A stretch of 64,000 bases of DNA from Chiloscyllium plagiosum (Eukaryota): positions 2,248,458-2,312,457 of the forward strand of contig NC_057718.1 of the NCBI RefSeq assembly GCF_004010195.1, read 5' to 3'. The notes under the pieces are model-generated. The model ran no database searches, had not been told where the DNA came from, and saw only the letters and a program-made list of their open reading frames with translations. Position numbers and translations under genes: made by a program. The number at the start of each line of letters is the position of its first letter. The first letter of the stretch is position 1. Positions 1 through 12,299 of this stretch are shown here, in pieces.

Positions 1-625
1 GAGCACGAATGAACCAGGCTCTACCCGTGACGAGGCTGAAAGGGAGGGTACATCGCTGTAGGCCGCACGCTCCTGGGAGTAAAAGGCACGCATAACACTA
101 GTTAGAGCAAGAACATAACTAATCATTGCTTCAGTCATGTGGTGGAAGTGGACTGAGAAGGGAGTTGAATCGTTCCAAGGGGTACGGAGGCGGTGACCAG
201 AGAGACTCTCAGCTGGAGACAGTCGTGTCTTGCCTGGAGACATGGATCGCAATTGGAATAAGGCCACAGGGATTAGCATAACCAGGAGAGGCCACACTCT
301 GCCACTAATTTGGCAAGTTTAGTCTTGAGTCTGGTTAAAACATTCAACAAGGTCGGCTGCCTGAGGATGATAAGCACCATGCAGTTGCTGACAAATACAA
401 AGCTGGGAACAGAGTTCTCCGTTAATATTACCTACAAAGTGTGGTCCATTGTCCGAGCTAATGCACGCAGGTATACTGAAGCAGGGAATTATTTCCTTAA
501 ACAAAATCTTCACCACAGTCTCAGCAGTAGCGTTAGGAGGAGGGTAGGCTTCAATCCACTTCGAAAAGACATCAGCAATAAGCAAAACACATTTATAGCA
601 ACTCAACTCATTTCTACAACTCAAT
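1..625 (-). mobile_element. Endogenous retrovirus / LTR element pol remnant, integrase core (frameshifted)
   Basis: ORF 319-639(-) has integrase motifs DVFSKWIEAYP, ISSDNGPHF and HGAYHPQAADLVECFN. After frameshifts it continues LKTKLAKLVAECGLSW...IPVALFQLRSMSPGKTRLSPAE, typical of class I retroviral integrases. Runs off the window start. Confidence 0.8.
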
Positions 626-1255
626 GAAGTCCAGTTCAAGGCCGAGATTGATAGATTCTTGTTGTCTCGAGGAATTAAGGGCTACGGGGAGAACGCTGGT
701 AAGTGGAGCTGAAATGCGCATCAGCCATGATTGAATGGCGGAGTGGACTCGATGGGCCGAATGGCCTTACTTCCACTCCTATGTCTTATGGTCTTATGGT
801 CTTATGGTCTTATGGTCTTATAACTTCCCAACTTTTATACTCAATGCCCTGACTGATGAAGGCCAGTGTGCCAAAAGCTTTCTTCACTGTCCTGTCTACC
901 TGGGACTCCACTTTCAGTGCACCTGAAGTCCAAGATCCCTCCTTAAAGCCCTACCATTCACCATGAAACTCCTACCTTGATTTGACTTTCCAAAATGCAA
1001 GATCTCACACTTATCTACATTAAACTCCATCTGCCATTTCCCAGTCCACTTTTCTGAAGAGGTTGTGAATCTTCGGAACTTGCTGCCCATAGAGATGTGA
1101 ATGCTCCATCATTGATGATATTTAAGGCAGGAATTGACAGGGAACCAAGGGAATAGGCAGTGGAGTTAAAACTATGGTCAGCCATGATTTATTGGATGAT
1201 GGAACAGACCCGATGGGCTGAATGTTCTACTTATGCTCTTATTTTTTATGTTCTT
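626..1255. mobile_element. Cluster of three CR1 LINE fragments (3' end plus, RT fragment minus, 3' end plus)
   Basis: CR1 3' UTR (cagccatgattgaatggcgg...gggccgaatggcct) ending in a (TCTTATGG)n tail at about 784-820, followed by degraded RT-region sequence. Confidence 0.75.
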
Positions 1256-2394
1256 ACATTGGTCAAACTGTTAGAATCATCTATAGCAACACAGAATCAC
1301 TACATCAGACCAGACCTCATCATTTCCTTTGAGTTCCCTAATTTGGTTACACTTTCATGTTATTCACCATAAACATTCATGATTCATGAAATACACAGTA
1401 AAAAAACCACACTCCCTATTATTACTGCAAAAATGGGTCAATAATGTATGGTAGGAAAGAGAGTCTACATGAATTATAAAATAAAACTCCAAACGCTGGG
1501 TTTTTACTCCAGTATTCATTTTGAAAGATATCACATGTCACATTTGAACTGCCCATTATTCTTACAAATGTGCAGAAGTTTGCAGACATTAAATGAGCAG
1601 TGAACTGACAGGGGAATATTATCATTAGTGTAAGTGACCCATCAATGTCAGGATCATCAATGACAATCAACCTCTTTCACCCAGCATGTGAACAGTGCTA
1701 GGTGTGAAGTCTCTCATTCCTTCAAGTTGTGAAGTGTTTTTTTTAAGAGAATTAAGTCTTTTTTTAAAACTTCCCTCCCCTGTCTCTCTTTCTATCTGAA
1801 TTTACTCCAATGTTTCTTTACTTCTATTCCTTTTTCTGTACTTGATTTGTCATAGAACTCCCCCACTCAAGTCCATCCTTTTTTCACTCCTTTCTTGATT
1901 TCTTAAGCGTTTACTCTCATGGTTAAGGAAATATACTGATGGTCATTCGGTTGTTTGGTAGAACAAAACTTGATATTGGTAAAAATAGACTATTTCCATC
2001 TTGCATGAAGACAGGCCAACAGTAAAGGGAACAACGGTGTGAGAAGACAGTGCTGACTAGTTAGTTACTCATTCAACAGTCAAGGTGTTGAAATGAAGAC
2101 TGCACCTGTTAGGTGATGACTGACAGTTAAATGTCAACACTTACTTAAATTTAAAACAGGCAGTTTGAATGTGATTGGTCAAGGCATTGCCTCAAGGAAT
2201 GAATCAGCTGTTTTGCAGAGTTGAAAAGGCACAACTTTCAGAAATAATTAGAGTCCTGTGTATTAATATCTGTAACCTCCAGTCTGCCCTAGTGTACCAC
2301 TGCAAGACTAACTGAAGATCTTAAATTGGTAAAATAAATCAAAGAACTGTGGATGCTGGAAATCAGAAACAAAACCAGAAATTGCTGCAAACAG

Positions 2395-2940
2395 TTGAAG
2401 AAACAGGAAGAGAGTCTCAGGCTATAGTCTGATATTGATCAGCTGGTAAATTGGGCAGAGCAATGGCAGATGGCATTTAATCCTGATAAGTGCAAGGTGA
2501 TGCATTTTGAGAGGTCTAATAAGGGAAGGGTATCCACAATGAATGGCTGGTCCCTAGGGAGTACTGAGGAACAAAGGGACCTTGGTGTACAATTCTACTG
2601 ATCCCTGAAGGTGTCAGCACAGGTAGACAGGGTGCGCAAGGCAGCATTTGGGAAGCTGTCCTCATTAGCTGGGGAGTAGCAAGGACATCTTGTTACAATT
2701 TTATAAAACATTGGTTAGGCCAAAATGGAAAATGGTGTGCCCTTGTGCTCGCCACACTATCGGAACGGCATGACTGAGGGGGTGCAGAGGAGATCACCAG
2801 GATGTTGCCTGGGATGGAAAGTCTGAGTTGTGAGGAGAGATCGGATAGGCTGGAGTTTGTTTCCTTGAAGCAGGGAGAGCCGGGGTGGTGTGTGGGGGGG
2901 GGGGGGGGAATCTGATGGAGGTATGCAGCATTATGAGGGG
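2395..2940 (+). mobile_element. CR1 LINE ORF2 (RT C-terminal) fragment, degraded
   Basis: Encodes WQMAFNPDKCKVMHF and QRDLGVQ-like motifs. Confidence 0.8.
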
Positions 2941-3409
2941 TGTCTGGGACATTATCTGAAAGGTATGATTCCGTGAGTCTGACTGTGTCAGGCTGTTGCT
3001 TAGCTAGTCTGTGAGAGAGCTCTCCCAGTTATGGCACTAGCCCCCAGACATTAGTGAGGATGACCATGTAGGGGCAACATGGCTGGTTCTACCGTTGTCT
3101 TTTCCAGTGCCTAGGTTGATGCCTGACCTTCTGCTCGGTTTCATTTCTTTGAGACTCTTTTTGATGGTTGCTTGAATTGAGTGGCTCCCTCAGTGATGTC
3201 AGGGGCAATTTTGAGTCTAGCACCTTCCTGTGGTTCTGGAGTCACATGGTCAGTAAGGGAAGGACAGTGGATTTCCGCCCTAATGGACATTGGTGAACTT
3301 GCTGGGTTTTTACAACAATTATACTCTCAAGTTTCCATTTATTGAATTCAAATGTCACCATCTGCTGCAGTGAGATTCAAATCCAGCTCCCCAGAACAGT
3401 ATGCAGAGA

Positions 3410-4270
3410 TCTTTCAGAATGATCTGGTTGGGGGAGTGGGCAAATCAATGGCAAATGTATTATAATTTGGGTAAATGTGACGTTATTCACTTTGGAAGCA
3501 AAACCAAGAAGCAGATTATGATCTGAATGGCTGTAAATTAGGAGGGGGGAGTGCAGCGGGACCTGGGTGTCCTTGTGCACCAGCCGCTGAAGGGAAGTGT
3601 GCAGATGCAGCAGGTGGTAAAGAAGGCAAATGGGATATTGGCCTTCACTGTGAGAGGTTTCAAGTCCAGGAGCAGGGATGTGTTGTTGTAGTTATACAGG
3701 GTCATGGTGAGGCCACACCTAGAATATTTGTGAAGTTTTAACCTCCCTTTCTGAGGAAGGATGCTTTTGCTCTCAAGGGAGTCCAGTGAAGGCTTCCCAC
3801 GCTGATTCCGGGGATGGCGGGACTGACGTATGAGAAGAGACTGACTGGGTTAGGATTGTTTTCACTGGAGCTCAGGGGTGATCTCATGGAGATTTATAAA
3901 ATTCTAACAGGACGAGCCAGGGTAGATGCAGGGAGGATGTTCCCGATGGTGGGTGTGTCCAGAACCAGGGAGTCACAGTCTGAGGGTTCAGAGTGGGCCA
4001 TTTAGGATGGAGGTGAGGAGTCACTTCTTTATCAAAAAAGTGGGAAACCTGTGGAATTCATTACCACAGGAAGGAGTTGATGCCAAAACATTGACTGTAT
4101 TCAAGAGGCAGCTAGATATAGCACCTGGGGCGAATGGGATCAAAGGTTATGGGGAGAAAGCAGGATTAGGTGTTGAGTTGAGATGATCAGCCATGATCGT
4201 AATGAATGGCAGAGTGGCTGGAAGTCCGAATGGCCTCCTCCTGCTTGTATCTTCTATGTTTCTATATATC
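3410..4270 (+). mobile_element. CR1 LINE 3' fragment
   Basis: ORFs 3814-4005 and 3926-4186 match the CR1 ORF2 C-terminus (RGDLMEIYKIL, NLWNSLP), then a 3' UTR and tail. Confidence 0.85.
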
Positions 4271-4324
4271 TAAGACCTGGCTGTCTGTGTACAATCCAGC
4301 AATAACCATCATACTATTGCCTCC

Positions 4325-5390
4325 TGGGAAAATGTGAGGTCATTGACAGGAAGGATGGAATATTAGTTAAATGCAAAATGCAGAGGTACAGGGGACCTGG
4401 GTAACCTTGTACATGCGTCACACAATGTTACTATACAGGTTACAGCAAGGAATTAGGAAAGCAAATAGGATGTGGTCTTTATTGTGAGGGAATGGAGTAA
4501 AAAAGAATTCTTGCTGCAACTGCTCAGGGTGCTGGTGAGATTGCACTTAGACTATGGTGTACAGGCTAGATCTCCTTGTTTAAGGAAGGATTTACTAGCA
4601 TTGGAAGCAGTTAACAGAACATTCAGGAGGCTGGATCATGGGATGAAGGTTGCTGTGAAAGGGTTGTGAAAAGCTTAACCTTGGAGGCTGCATTAAGCTC
4701 TGTTTACTCTGATGATACCGTGGCTGGGGGAATAGAGAAGGTTCACTCTGGTTTTGGAAGTGACACGTGTCATTGATGTATTCCGATAGTCTCTCAACAA
4801 TGTTAGACAAGCTAAGGTAATCTGTACTGAATATAGCAAGAACTTGTTGATGCTAAGTCCCACCAAAGGTTGATGGTCTACCATTAAAAACCAAACAGGG
4901 CCCTTCTTCCCAACGAAATAGGGCGAGTGGCAGCCAGATCCCCCCCAAAAGGTTACCGTCTCAGGGAAGGCTGAGCACGTTGTACCTATACCCATTGGGG
5001 CTTTGAAAAATGCAAGGTCATCCTTGTGAAATAATAAGATACTGAAGGTGTGTGTGTGTGTGGGGGGGGGGGCGTTGTTTGACCGGGTACACGCTGAGAG
5101 GATGTGTCCCCTCGTGGGGGTATCGAGAAAAGGAGCACAGTCTCAGCAGAAAGAGATTCCTTTTTAAGGATAAGGAGGAACTTCTTCCCTCAGAGGGGTG
5201 TTGGTGTTTGGGGAATTCATTCCCTCAGTGAGCACTGGAAGGTCATTAAGTATATTCAAGGCTGAATGGGGCAGATTTTGGATTCACAACGCAGCCTCGG
5301 TTTATACGGCCAGACAAATAGATCTTATTGATTGGTGAATCAGAGTCAAGGGACCCAAATGCCAGCTCCAATTTCCCTTGATCTACGTAT
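4325..5390 (+). mobile_element. Degraded CR1 fragment interrupted by an unrelated insert of about 310 bp (about 4685-5000)
   Basis: LVRLHLDYGVQARSPCLRKD motif before the insert; CR1 C-terminal and 3' UTR sequence resumes after about 5000. Confidence 0.65.
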
Positions 5391-5580
5391 AAGGACAGAA
5401 CACTGCTAATCATTTGCTTCTTGACCTTCTATTCAATAGATTAATTTGTCAGCAATGTCTAAAGCCAGGATGAAAGTAAACTTCTCCCTTCACCCTCCCT
5501 TCAGGAAATACTGGATTGAAACAGGAACCAAGGGAGCTGTTTGTTATCCTGGACAGTTAATCCAGTGACTGAAATACAGA

Positions 5581-5793
5581 TTAAAAATCAAAAGAACTAT
5601 GGATGCTGTAAATCAGAAACTAAAATTGCTGGAAAAGCTCAGCAGGCCTGGCAGCATCTGTGGAGAGAAATCAGAGTTAATGTTTCAGGTCAAGTGACCC
5701 TTCCTTCAGAACCTTTCCTCAGAAACGTTAACTCTGGTTTCTCTCCACACATGCTGCCAGACCTGGTGAGCTTTTCCAGCAATTTCCATTTGT
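5581..5793. mobile_element. Short fold-back Penelope-derived element (family B) with 16-bp TSD
   Basis: Inverted arms gctggaaaagctcagcagg...ctggcagcat / atgctgccagacctggtgagcttttccagc; flanking direct repeat GTGACTGAAATACAGA at 5565-5580 and 5794-5809. Confidence 0.8.
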
Positions 5794-5918
5794 GTGACTG
5801 AAATACAGAGGTCAGTAATTTGAGGACAATAAGAGACTGAAAATAACAGTATAACACGAGAATCAAAAGTGAAAAACAAATCATGAGCTTTTCTCCTGAT
5901 CTCTGTTCTCCATTCTTT

Positions 5919-6194
5919 AGAAACCCTACAGTGTGGATGCTGGCCATTCAGCCCGGACCAAAGAGCATCCCATCCAGACCCATCCCCCAACCTTATCCCT
6001 GTAACCCTATATTTCCCATGGCCAATCATTTAATCTGCACAACTTTGGACTGTGGGAGGAAACCGGAGCACCCGGGGGAAACCCACGCAGACACGGGGAG
6101 AATGTGCAAACTCCACACGGACTGTCACCCGAGGCAGGAATCAAACCTGGGTCCCTGGCGCTGTGAGGCAGCAATGCAAACCACCATGCCATCC
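5919..6194 (-). mobile_element. HE1-type V-SINE (tRNA-derived)
   Basis: Reverse complement carries a tRNA-like head and the V-SINE core gtgtggagtttgcacattctccccgtgtctgcgtgggtttc. Confidence 0.85.
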
Positions 6195-6382
6195 TTGCTT
6201 CTCTAACAGCTGACACCAAACTCCATGGTGAAGTTAACCACTGCCCTCCCACAACTATCCCAGTAGGTAGAGTTAAAACCCACATTGTTAACTTAAACTA
6301 TCAGCTATCTTTAATAACTTGAAGAGCTCCATCAATTGACCTTGACATTTGTAAAAATAACTCAATCATCTGAAATGATTGT

Positions 6383-6639
6383 GGGCGACACGGTGGCACA
6401 GTGGTTAGCACTGCTGCCTCACAGCGCCAGAGACCCGGGTTNNNNNNNNNNNNNNNNNNNNNNNNNNNNNNNNNNNNNNNNNNNNNNNNNNNNNNNNNNN
6501 NNNNNNNNNNNNNNNNNNNNNNNNNNNNNNNNNNNNNNNNNNNNNNNNNNNNNNNNNNNNNNNNNNNNNNNNNNNNNNNTTGTTGGGCCGAAGGGCCTGT
6601 TTCCACACTGTAAGTAATCTAATCTAATCTAATCTAATC
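6383..6639 (+). mobile_element. HE1-type V-SINE spanning an assembly gap
   Basis: Head ggcacagtggttagcactgctgcctcacagcgccagagacccgggtt; tail gggccgaagggcctgtttccacactgtaagt(aatct)n. Confidence 0.85.
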
Positions 6640-7589
6640 ATCACAACCACTCCCTATTTCATTTCTGGGTTGAATTGAGATTTGCTGCCACTTCATTGGC
6701 CCCCCTACCTTTCACAACAGTGTAGTTCATCTGAAACCCGAATATTTACATTCAAACATGTGCCGTGTCCTGTTCATTCATCACCTTCTGCACCCTCTAC
6801 CCCTACACTGGCTCCCAGTACATCAATACTCACCATTTTAGTATTTTTATCCATTTTCAAATCTCACCATTATCTTGTTCCTGTGGAACACTGCCATCTC
6901 CTCCAGTTCTGGAACCCTCTGAGATCTCTCTATTCATCTAATTCTGATTCTTATTCATTCCTGGCATTAATCATTCCACCAATAACAGTGATAGTTTCAG
7001 GTCCTGGACCCCCACACCATTCATTCTTAAACATCACCAGCTGTCCCTACTCCTTATAATCATGCTCGTTGAACAGCCTTTGCCTATTATAACGATCTGT
7101 GCAAGATGATATAAAAACCACACAAAGATTTTGTATGTTGAAGCTCATACAGCACCAGTATTTTGCATTCACATAGCAACATTACGGTAATAAACATCCC
7201 AAGATATTTCACAGGAACAAATTCAACTGAAAACGAACACAGAACAGATGGCAGGTCAGAGAGACTCGAAACATTTATACAGCAAAGCCTTCTTCACCAT
7301 CACTCCATTTCAATCTCATCACTTACAGGATTATAGGGAAAAGGTAGGGGAGTGTGATTGATGAGTTGTTCTTCCAGAGGACTAGCATGTACACAATGGG
7401 GTGGATGGCCTCGTTCTGTGCTGTTTCCATGCTACAATTCTAGGTAATAACATTTTCTTTCCCTCGACCCCTTCCAAAAACAGATCCTCTTCCTATTTCT
7501 CGACCGTGAACTCTATCAGTTCCGTTATCTCTCCAGCCTTTTGGCCCACTCACACACTCCCACTTTTTAAAAAAGTTTTCATTGTGTCA

Positions 7590-7685
7590 GACCTGAAGAA
7601 AGGTTAAACCCAAAACATCGACTTCTCCACCTCCTGATGCTGCCTGGCTTGCTGTGTTCTTCCAGCCTTCTGCTTGGCTACATAT
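7590..7685 (+). mobile_element. Penelope-derived terminal fragment with degenerate hammerhead core
   Basis: ctgaagaaaggttaaacccaaaacatcg followed by gatgctgcctggcttgctgtgttcttccagc. Confidence 0.65.
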
Positions 7686-7694
7686 TCCATTTTT

Positions 7695-8960
7695 GCATGT
7701 GTGGGAAATCATGTCTTACAAACTTGATTGAGTTTTTTGAAGAAGTAACAAAGAGGATTGATGAGATCAGAGCAGTAGATGTGATCTATATGGACTTCAG
7801 TAAGGTGTTTGACAAGGTTCCCCATGGGAGACTGGTTAGCAAGGTTAGATCTCATGGAATACAGGGAGAACTAGCCACTTGGATACAGAACTGGCTCAAA
7901 GGTAGAAGACAGAGGGTGGTGGTAGAGGGTTGTTTTTCAGACTGAAGGCATGTGACCAGTGGAGTGTCACAAGGATCGGTGCTGGGTCCACTACTTTTCA
8001 TCATTCATATAAATGATTTGGATGCGAACATAGAAGGCATAGTTATGACACCAAAATTGAAGGTGTAGTGGACAGCGAGGAAAGTTACCTCAGAATACAA
8101 CGGGACCTTGACCAAATGGGCCACTGGGCTGAGGAGTGGCAGATGGAGTTTAATTTAGATAAATGCGAGGTGCTGCGATTTTGGAAAGGTAAATCAAGGC
8201 AGGACTTATACACTTAATGGTAATGCCCTGGGGAGTGTTGCTGAATAAGGAGTCCTTGGAATGCAGGTTTATAGCTCCTTGAAAGTAGAGTAAGAGGTAG
8301 TTAGGATAGTGAAGAAGGCATTTGGTATGCTTTCCTTTATTAGTCAGAGTATTGAGTACGGGAGTACATGTACATGAGTACATGTTGTGGCTGTACAGGA
8401 TGTTGGTTAGGCCACTTTTGGAATATTGCGTGCAATTCTAGTCTCGTCTTATCAGAAGGACGTTGTGAAACTTGAAAAGGCTCGGTAAAGATTTACAAGA
8501 ATGTTGCCAGGGTTGGAGGGTTTGAGCTATAGGGAGGGGTTGAATAGGCTCGGGCTGTCTTCCCTGGAGCGTCGGAGACTGAGGGGTGACCTTATAGAGG
8601 TTTATAAAATCATGAGGGTCATGGATCGGGTAAATAGACAAGGTCTTTTCCCTGGGGTGGGATAGTCCAGAACGAGAGGCATAGTTTAGGGTGAGAGGGG
8701 AAAGATATAAAAGGGTTCTAAGGGGCAACGTTTTCACGCAGAGGGTGGTACATGTATGAAATGAGCTGCCAGAGGAAGTAGTGGAAGCTGGTACATTTAC
8801 AAAATTTAAAAGACATTTGGAAGAGGACATGAGTAGGAAAGGTTTGGAGGGATATGTGCCAAGTGCTGGTAAATGGGACCAGATTGGGTTGGGATATCTG
8901 GTTGACATGGACGGGTTGGACCGAAGGGTCTGTTTCCATGCTGTACACCTCTATGACTCT
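7695..8960 (+). mobile_element. CR1 LINE, RT domain to 3' end, degraded
   Basis: KSCLTNLIEFFEEVTK...VDVIYMDFSKVFDKVPH...WIQNWLKGRRQRVVV motifs, C-terminus and ctatgact tail. Confidence 0.92.
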
Positions 8961-9599
8961 GTCTGTGTGGGCTCATGTATACTTACCATGTATAAAGAGA
9001 AACAGTTTGTTCCGTGTGTGACTGTACATCTCCTGGACAGTGCGTTGTTAGCTCCTGTATGGATGGAGGGCATAGCAATGAAAACAAGGACATTTTGGTC
9101 CATTCCTGGCTGCATGTAGGGTCTGACAGGGAGTGGGCAGAGGTTACACCTCAGGGCAATCAGGGTGAGGAGTGAAAATGAGTTGGAGCATGAGTCATTG
9201 CTGTAACTTGACCCAGACAGAGTCATTGATGATTGGATTCAGGATCCCAGTGAGGCTGAACATCGTCCCACACATACAAGATCTGTCTACATATCAGCTC
9301 ATTTGCATACTTTTGACTGATGTACATCAGTGTAGAATTTTGTGAAAGTATTTTTTAAATGTTGACATCGCTGGGTAATACATTAGTGTCACATGAAAGC
9401 CAGAAGGGGTAAAGTTGGCAGATTTCTCTTCCTGAAGGGTGTTAGTGAAGCAAACAAAATAAAAACCAAAACAACCATAAATTCCCGAAATCAGAGACAA
9501 AAATAGAAATGGCTGGAGAAGCTCAGCAAGTCTGGCAGCATCTGTGCAGAGAAATCAGAGTTAATGTTGCGGGTCCAGTGACCCTTTCCCCAGAAGTAG

Positions 9600-9770
9600 A
9601 TGGGGCTTTCCTGACAATTGACAGTGGATTCATGGTCAACAATAGATTCTGAATTCCAGATTATTATTGAATTCAAATTCCAAATCTATCTGCCTTAGCA
9701 GGATTTGAACCCGGGGCCCAGAACATTAGCTGTGTTTCTGGATAATACCACTAGACCATCACTTCCCCAT
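9600..9770 (-). mobile_element. tRNA-derived SINE of a second shark family (5' part)
   Basis: Reverse complement shows a B-box-like cgggttcaaatcc and ggaatttgaattcaataa; related copies at about 3200-3400, 19610-19840, 23180-23380, 36940-37130 and 48765-48890. Confidence 0.6.
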
Positions 9771-10739
9771 AAAACCCCAGATGGGTTTTGACAACAATTC
9801 AATAATTTCACAGCCACTTTTAATTCCCAAACTTTTTAAAACTGAATTCAGATTCTCAGACAATCCCTGTTGGGATTTGAACTCATAGCCCCTGGGATCA
9901 GTAGCTCAAGTCTCAAGCCATCCCATACAGTAATTGTGACTACCCCCTAGCTTGTTAGATATGGGTTACTGTATTTAGAATGGGATTGGACGTATGAAAG
10001 TTGTGTTACAGCGTTCACAACAGCTTTCACTGGATGTATGAAGTTGTAAAAGCAGTTCAGGAAATGCCACCTGAAAGAACACAGGCTTTTTAGAGGATAG
10101 CATGCCTGTTTGTTCACAGCTCTGGTATTCAGTCATTCCCCACACTACAGCCCTGATCCATTCCCAGCTCCGAGCACTGACTGTGTATGTTCCTCCGACA
10201 GGAATAAGTCTGAGCTTGCTGCACAACTTGTCAGATGAGCTAAGAGCTAGCCTTGTGCTGGCTTGTCTGCCCATCACCCATCACTTGGGTTAGGGAGCTT
10301 CGATGTTAGATGGCTCTGAATGCTGAAAATTACACTGGGATTCGAGGGAGACAAATCACTGAATAATGACAGTCAAAAGGCACCCACTGTCACAATAACC
10401 ATGGCACAAATATTCAATAGATTCAGGCTGCTACTTAAAGGGAGATCATTCAGGATTACTTCAGAGACAATTAATCTACATTTTCAGCTGCAGTCATGCA
10501 GGAAACACCAGTAGCCAATCTGCGCACAGCAAGATTTCATAAACAGGTTGGAGATAAGTAACCAGGGAATCAGCTTTCAAGGGGGCTAAACATTGGTCAG
10601 GGACACAGAGGGAGAACTCCTCAGTTCCTGGGGAGGGTTTACATTGACAGGAGCTTGCTCTTCATGCCGGAAGGTTGGGGTCTACGGGACTGGGAATGAA
10701 CCTTCGGAAGCAAAGGGCAGCTTAACGAGTTGTCCCAGA

Positions 10740-11305
10740 GATTCACATCAAGAATTTCAAAGCCGTTCTCTTCAATCTCAGTGAGGCACTGCCAGGATGA
10801 ATCGGGGCTCACCCAAACCCTGACCGATTCGGAGGGAACCTCCTGTATCAATGACCTGAAGAGGAAAGGCCAGGCAGGCATGTCCGTATTCTCTAGAGTT
10901 GAGAACAGTCAGAGGGACCTTCACTGGAACATATCAGATCCAGAGGGGACTTGACCAAGTGGTTGTGGAAAGGATAGTTTCTCCTCAGGGAGAATCTAGA
11001 ATTAGGGAGCAGTTTAAAAATAAGGAAGTGCACATCTAAGACAGAAATGATGAAACACTTTTTTCTCATAGGGTTGAGTGTCCTTGGAATCCCCTTCCAC
11101 AAAAAAGGCAGTGGATGCAGGATCTTTAAATGTTTTTAAGGCAGAGGGCGGGAGATTCTTGATGACCCGGGGGGGGTGAAAGGTGAACAGGGATATATAG
11201 GAATGTAGAGTTGAGATTAAAATCAGATCATCCATCATTTAATTGAGTTGTGGAGCAGGCATGATGGGCTGAATGGCCTCTTCCCGTTCCTTGTTTGTAT
11301 GTTTG
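10740..11305 (+). mobile_element. CR1 LINE 3' fragment, degraded
   Basis: CR1 C-terminal sequence and 3' UTR (gatgggctgaatggcct). Confidence 0.65.
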
Positions 11306-11529
11306 CACCTCAAGGGCAATAAACACCTACTATCCCATCTCTGACCCCACAGTGAATGGAGCTGTGATTGAGAGAGGTGAGAGATATGGTGAGCATTGCT
11401 CCTGCGTCCTGATGTTCCCTGAAATGTTGTCCTGTAACCTCAGGAGCTGAACTCTGAAACATTTAAGAGACAATTCCAACCAGATATCAGCAGTAACAGG
11501 GCCACTAGAGCAGCTGCTCAATCCTGTTA

Positions 11530-12117
11530 TAGAACATAGAACACAGAAGAATACAGCGCAGTACAGGCCCTTTGGCCCTCGATGTTGCGCCGATCCAAGC
11601 CCACCTAACCTACACTAGCCCACTATCCTCCATATGCCTATCCAATGCCCGTTTAAATGCCCATAAAGAGGGAGAGTCCACCACTGCTACTGGCAGGGCA
11701 TTCCATGAACTCACGACTCGCTGAGTAAAGAATCTACCCCTAACATCTGTCCTATACCTACCCCCCCTTAATTTAAAGCTATGTCCCCTCGTAATAGCTG
11801 ACTCCATACATGGAAAAAGGTTCTCATGGTCAACCATATCTAAACCCCTAATCATCTTGTACACCTCTATCAAGCCACCCCAACTGCATCATGACCTCAG
11901 GACTCCGGAACTCAATTCCTCTACCAATAAAAGCCAGTACGCCATATGCCTTCTTCACCGCACTATCTACCTGGGTGGCAACTTTCAGAGATCTGTGTAC
12001 ATGGACACCAAGATCCCTCTGCTCATCCACACTACCAAATATCCGACCATTAGCCCAGTACCCCGTCTTTTTGTTACTCTTACCAAAGTGAATCACCTCA
12101 CACTTACCCACATTGAC
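11530..12117 (-). mobile_element. Young CR1 3' fragment with internal deletion
   Basis: ORFs 11848-12141 (KCEVIHFG...QRDLGVHV) and 11610-11873 (IEVYKMIRG...RFFTQRVV..WNALP); (ATAGAAC)n tail on plus. Confidence 0.9.
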
Positions 12118-12299
12118 ATGGCCTTCAGACAGCGGGAACACCCTGCACTCAGTGCTGACTCTGCGCTAAGGGGGTAATTAATAACTAATTTCTCTGGCAA
12201 AAAAAAGACAAAACAAAATTTTACAAGCATCCTTGCTGCAGATTATCCTTGCTAGCCCCTGGAGAGAGGGGAGATTTATGGAGCACCCTACTGTGATAA

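Noticed and set aside
1422..1670. 82-aa minus-strand ORF
   Set aside because: No recognisable domain or exon structure; probably part of an old unclassified repeat or non-coding element.
9298..9308. Octamer ATTTGCAT as an immunoglobulin promoter
   Set aside because: No leader exon, V segment or RSS nearby on either strand.
12215..12265. U6-like GCAAGGATG on the minus strand
   Set aside because: Only a 9-nt match; the rest of U6 is absent.
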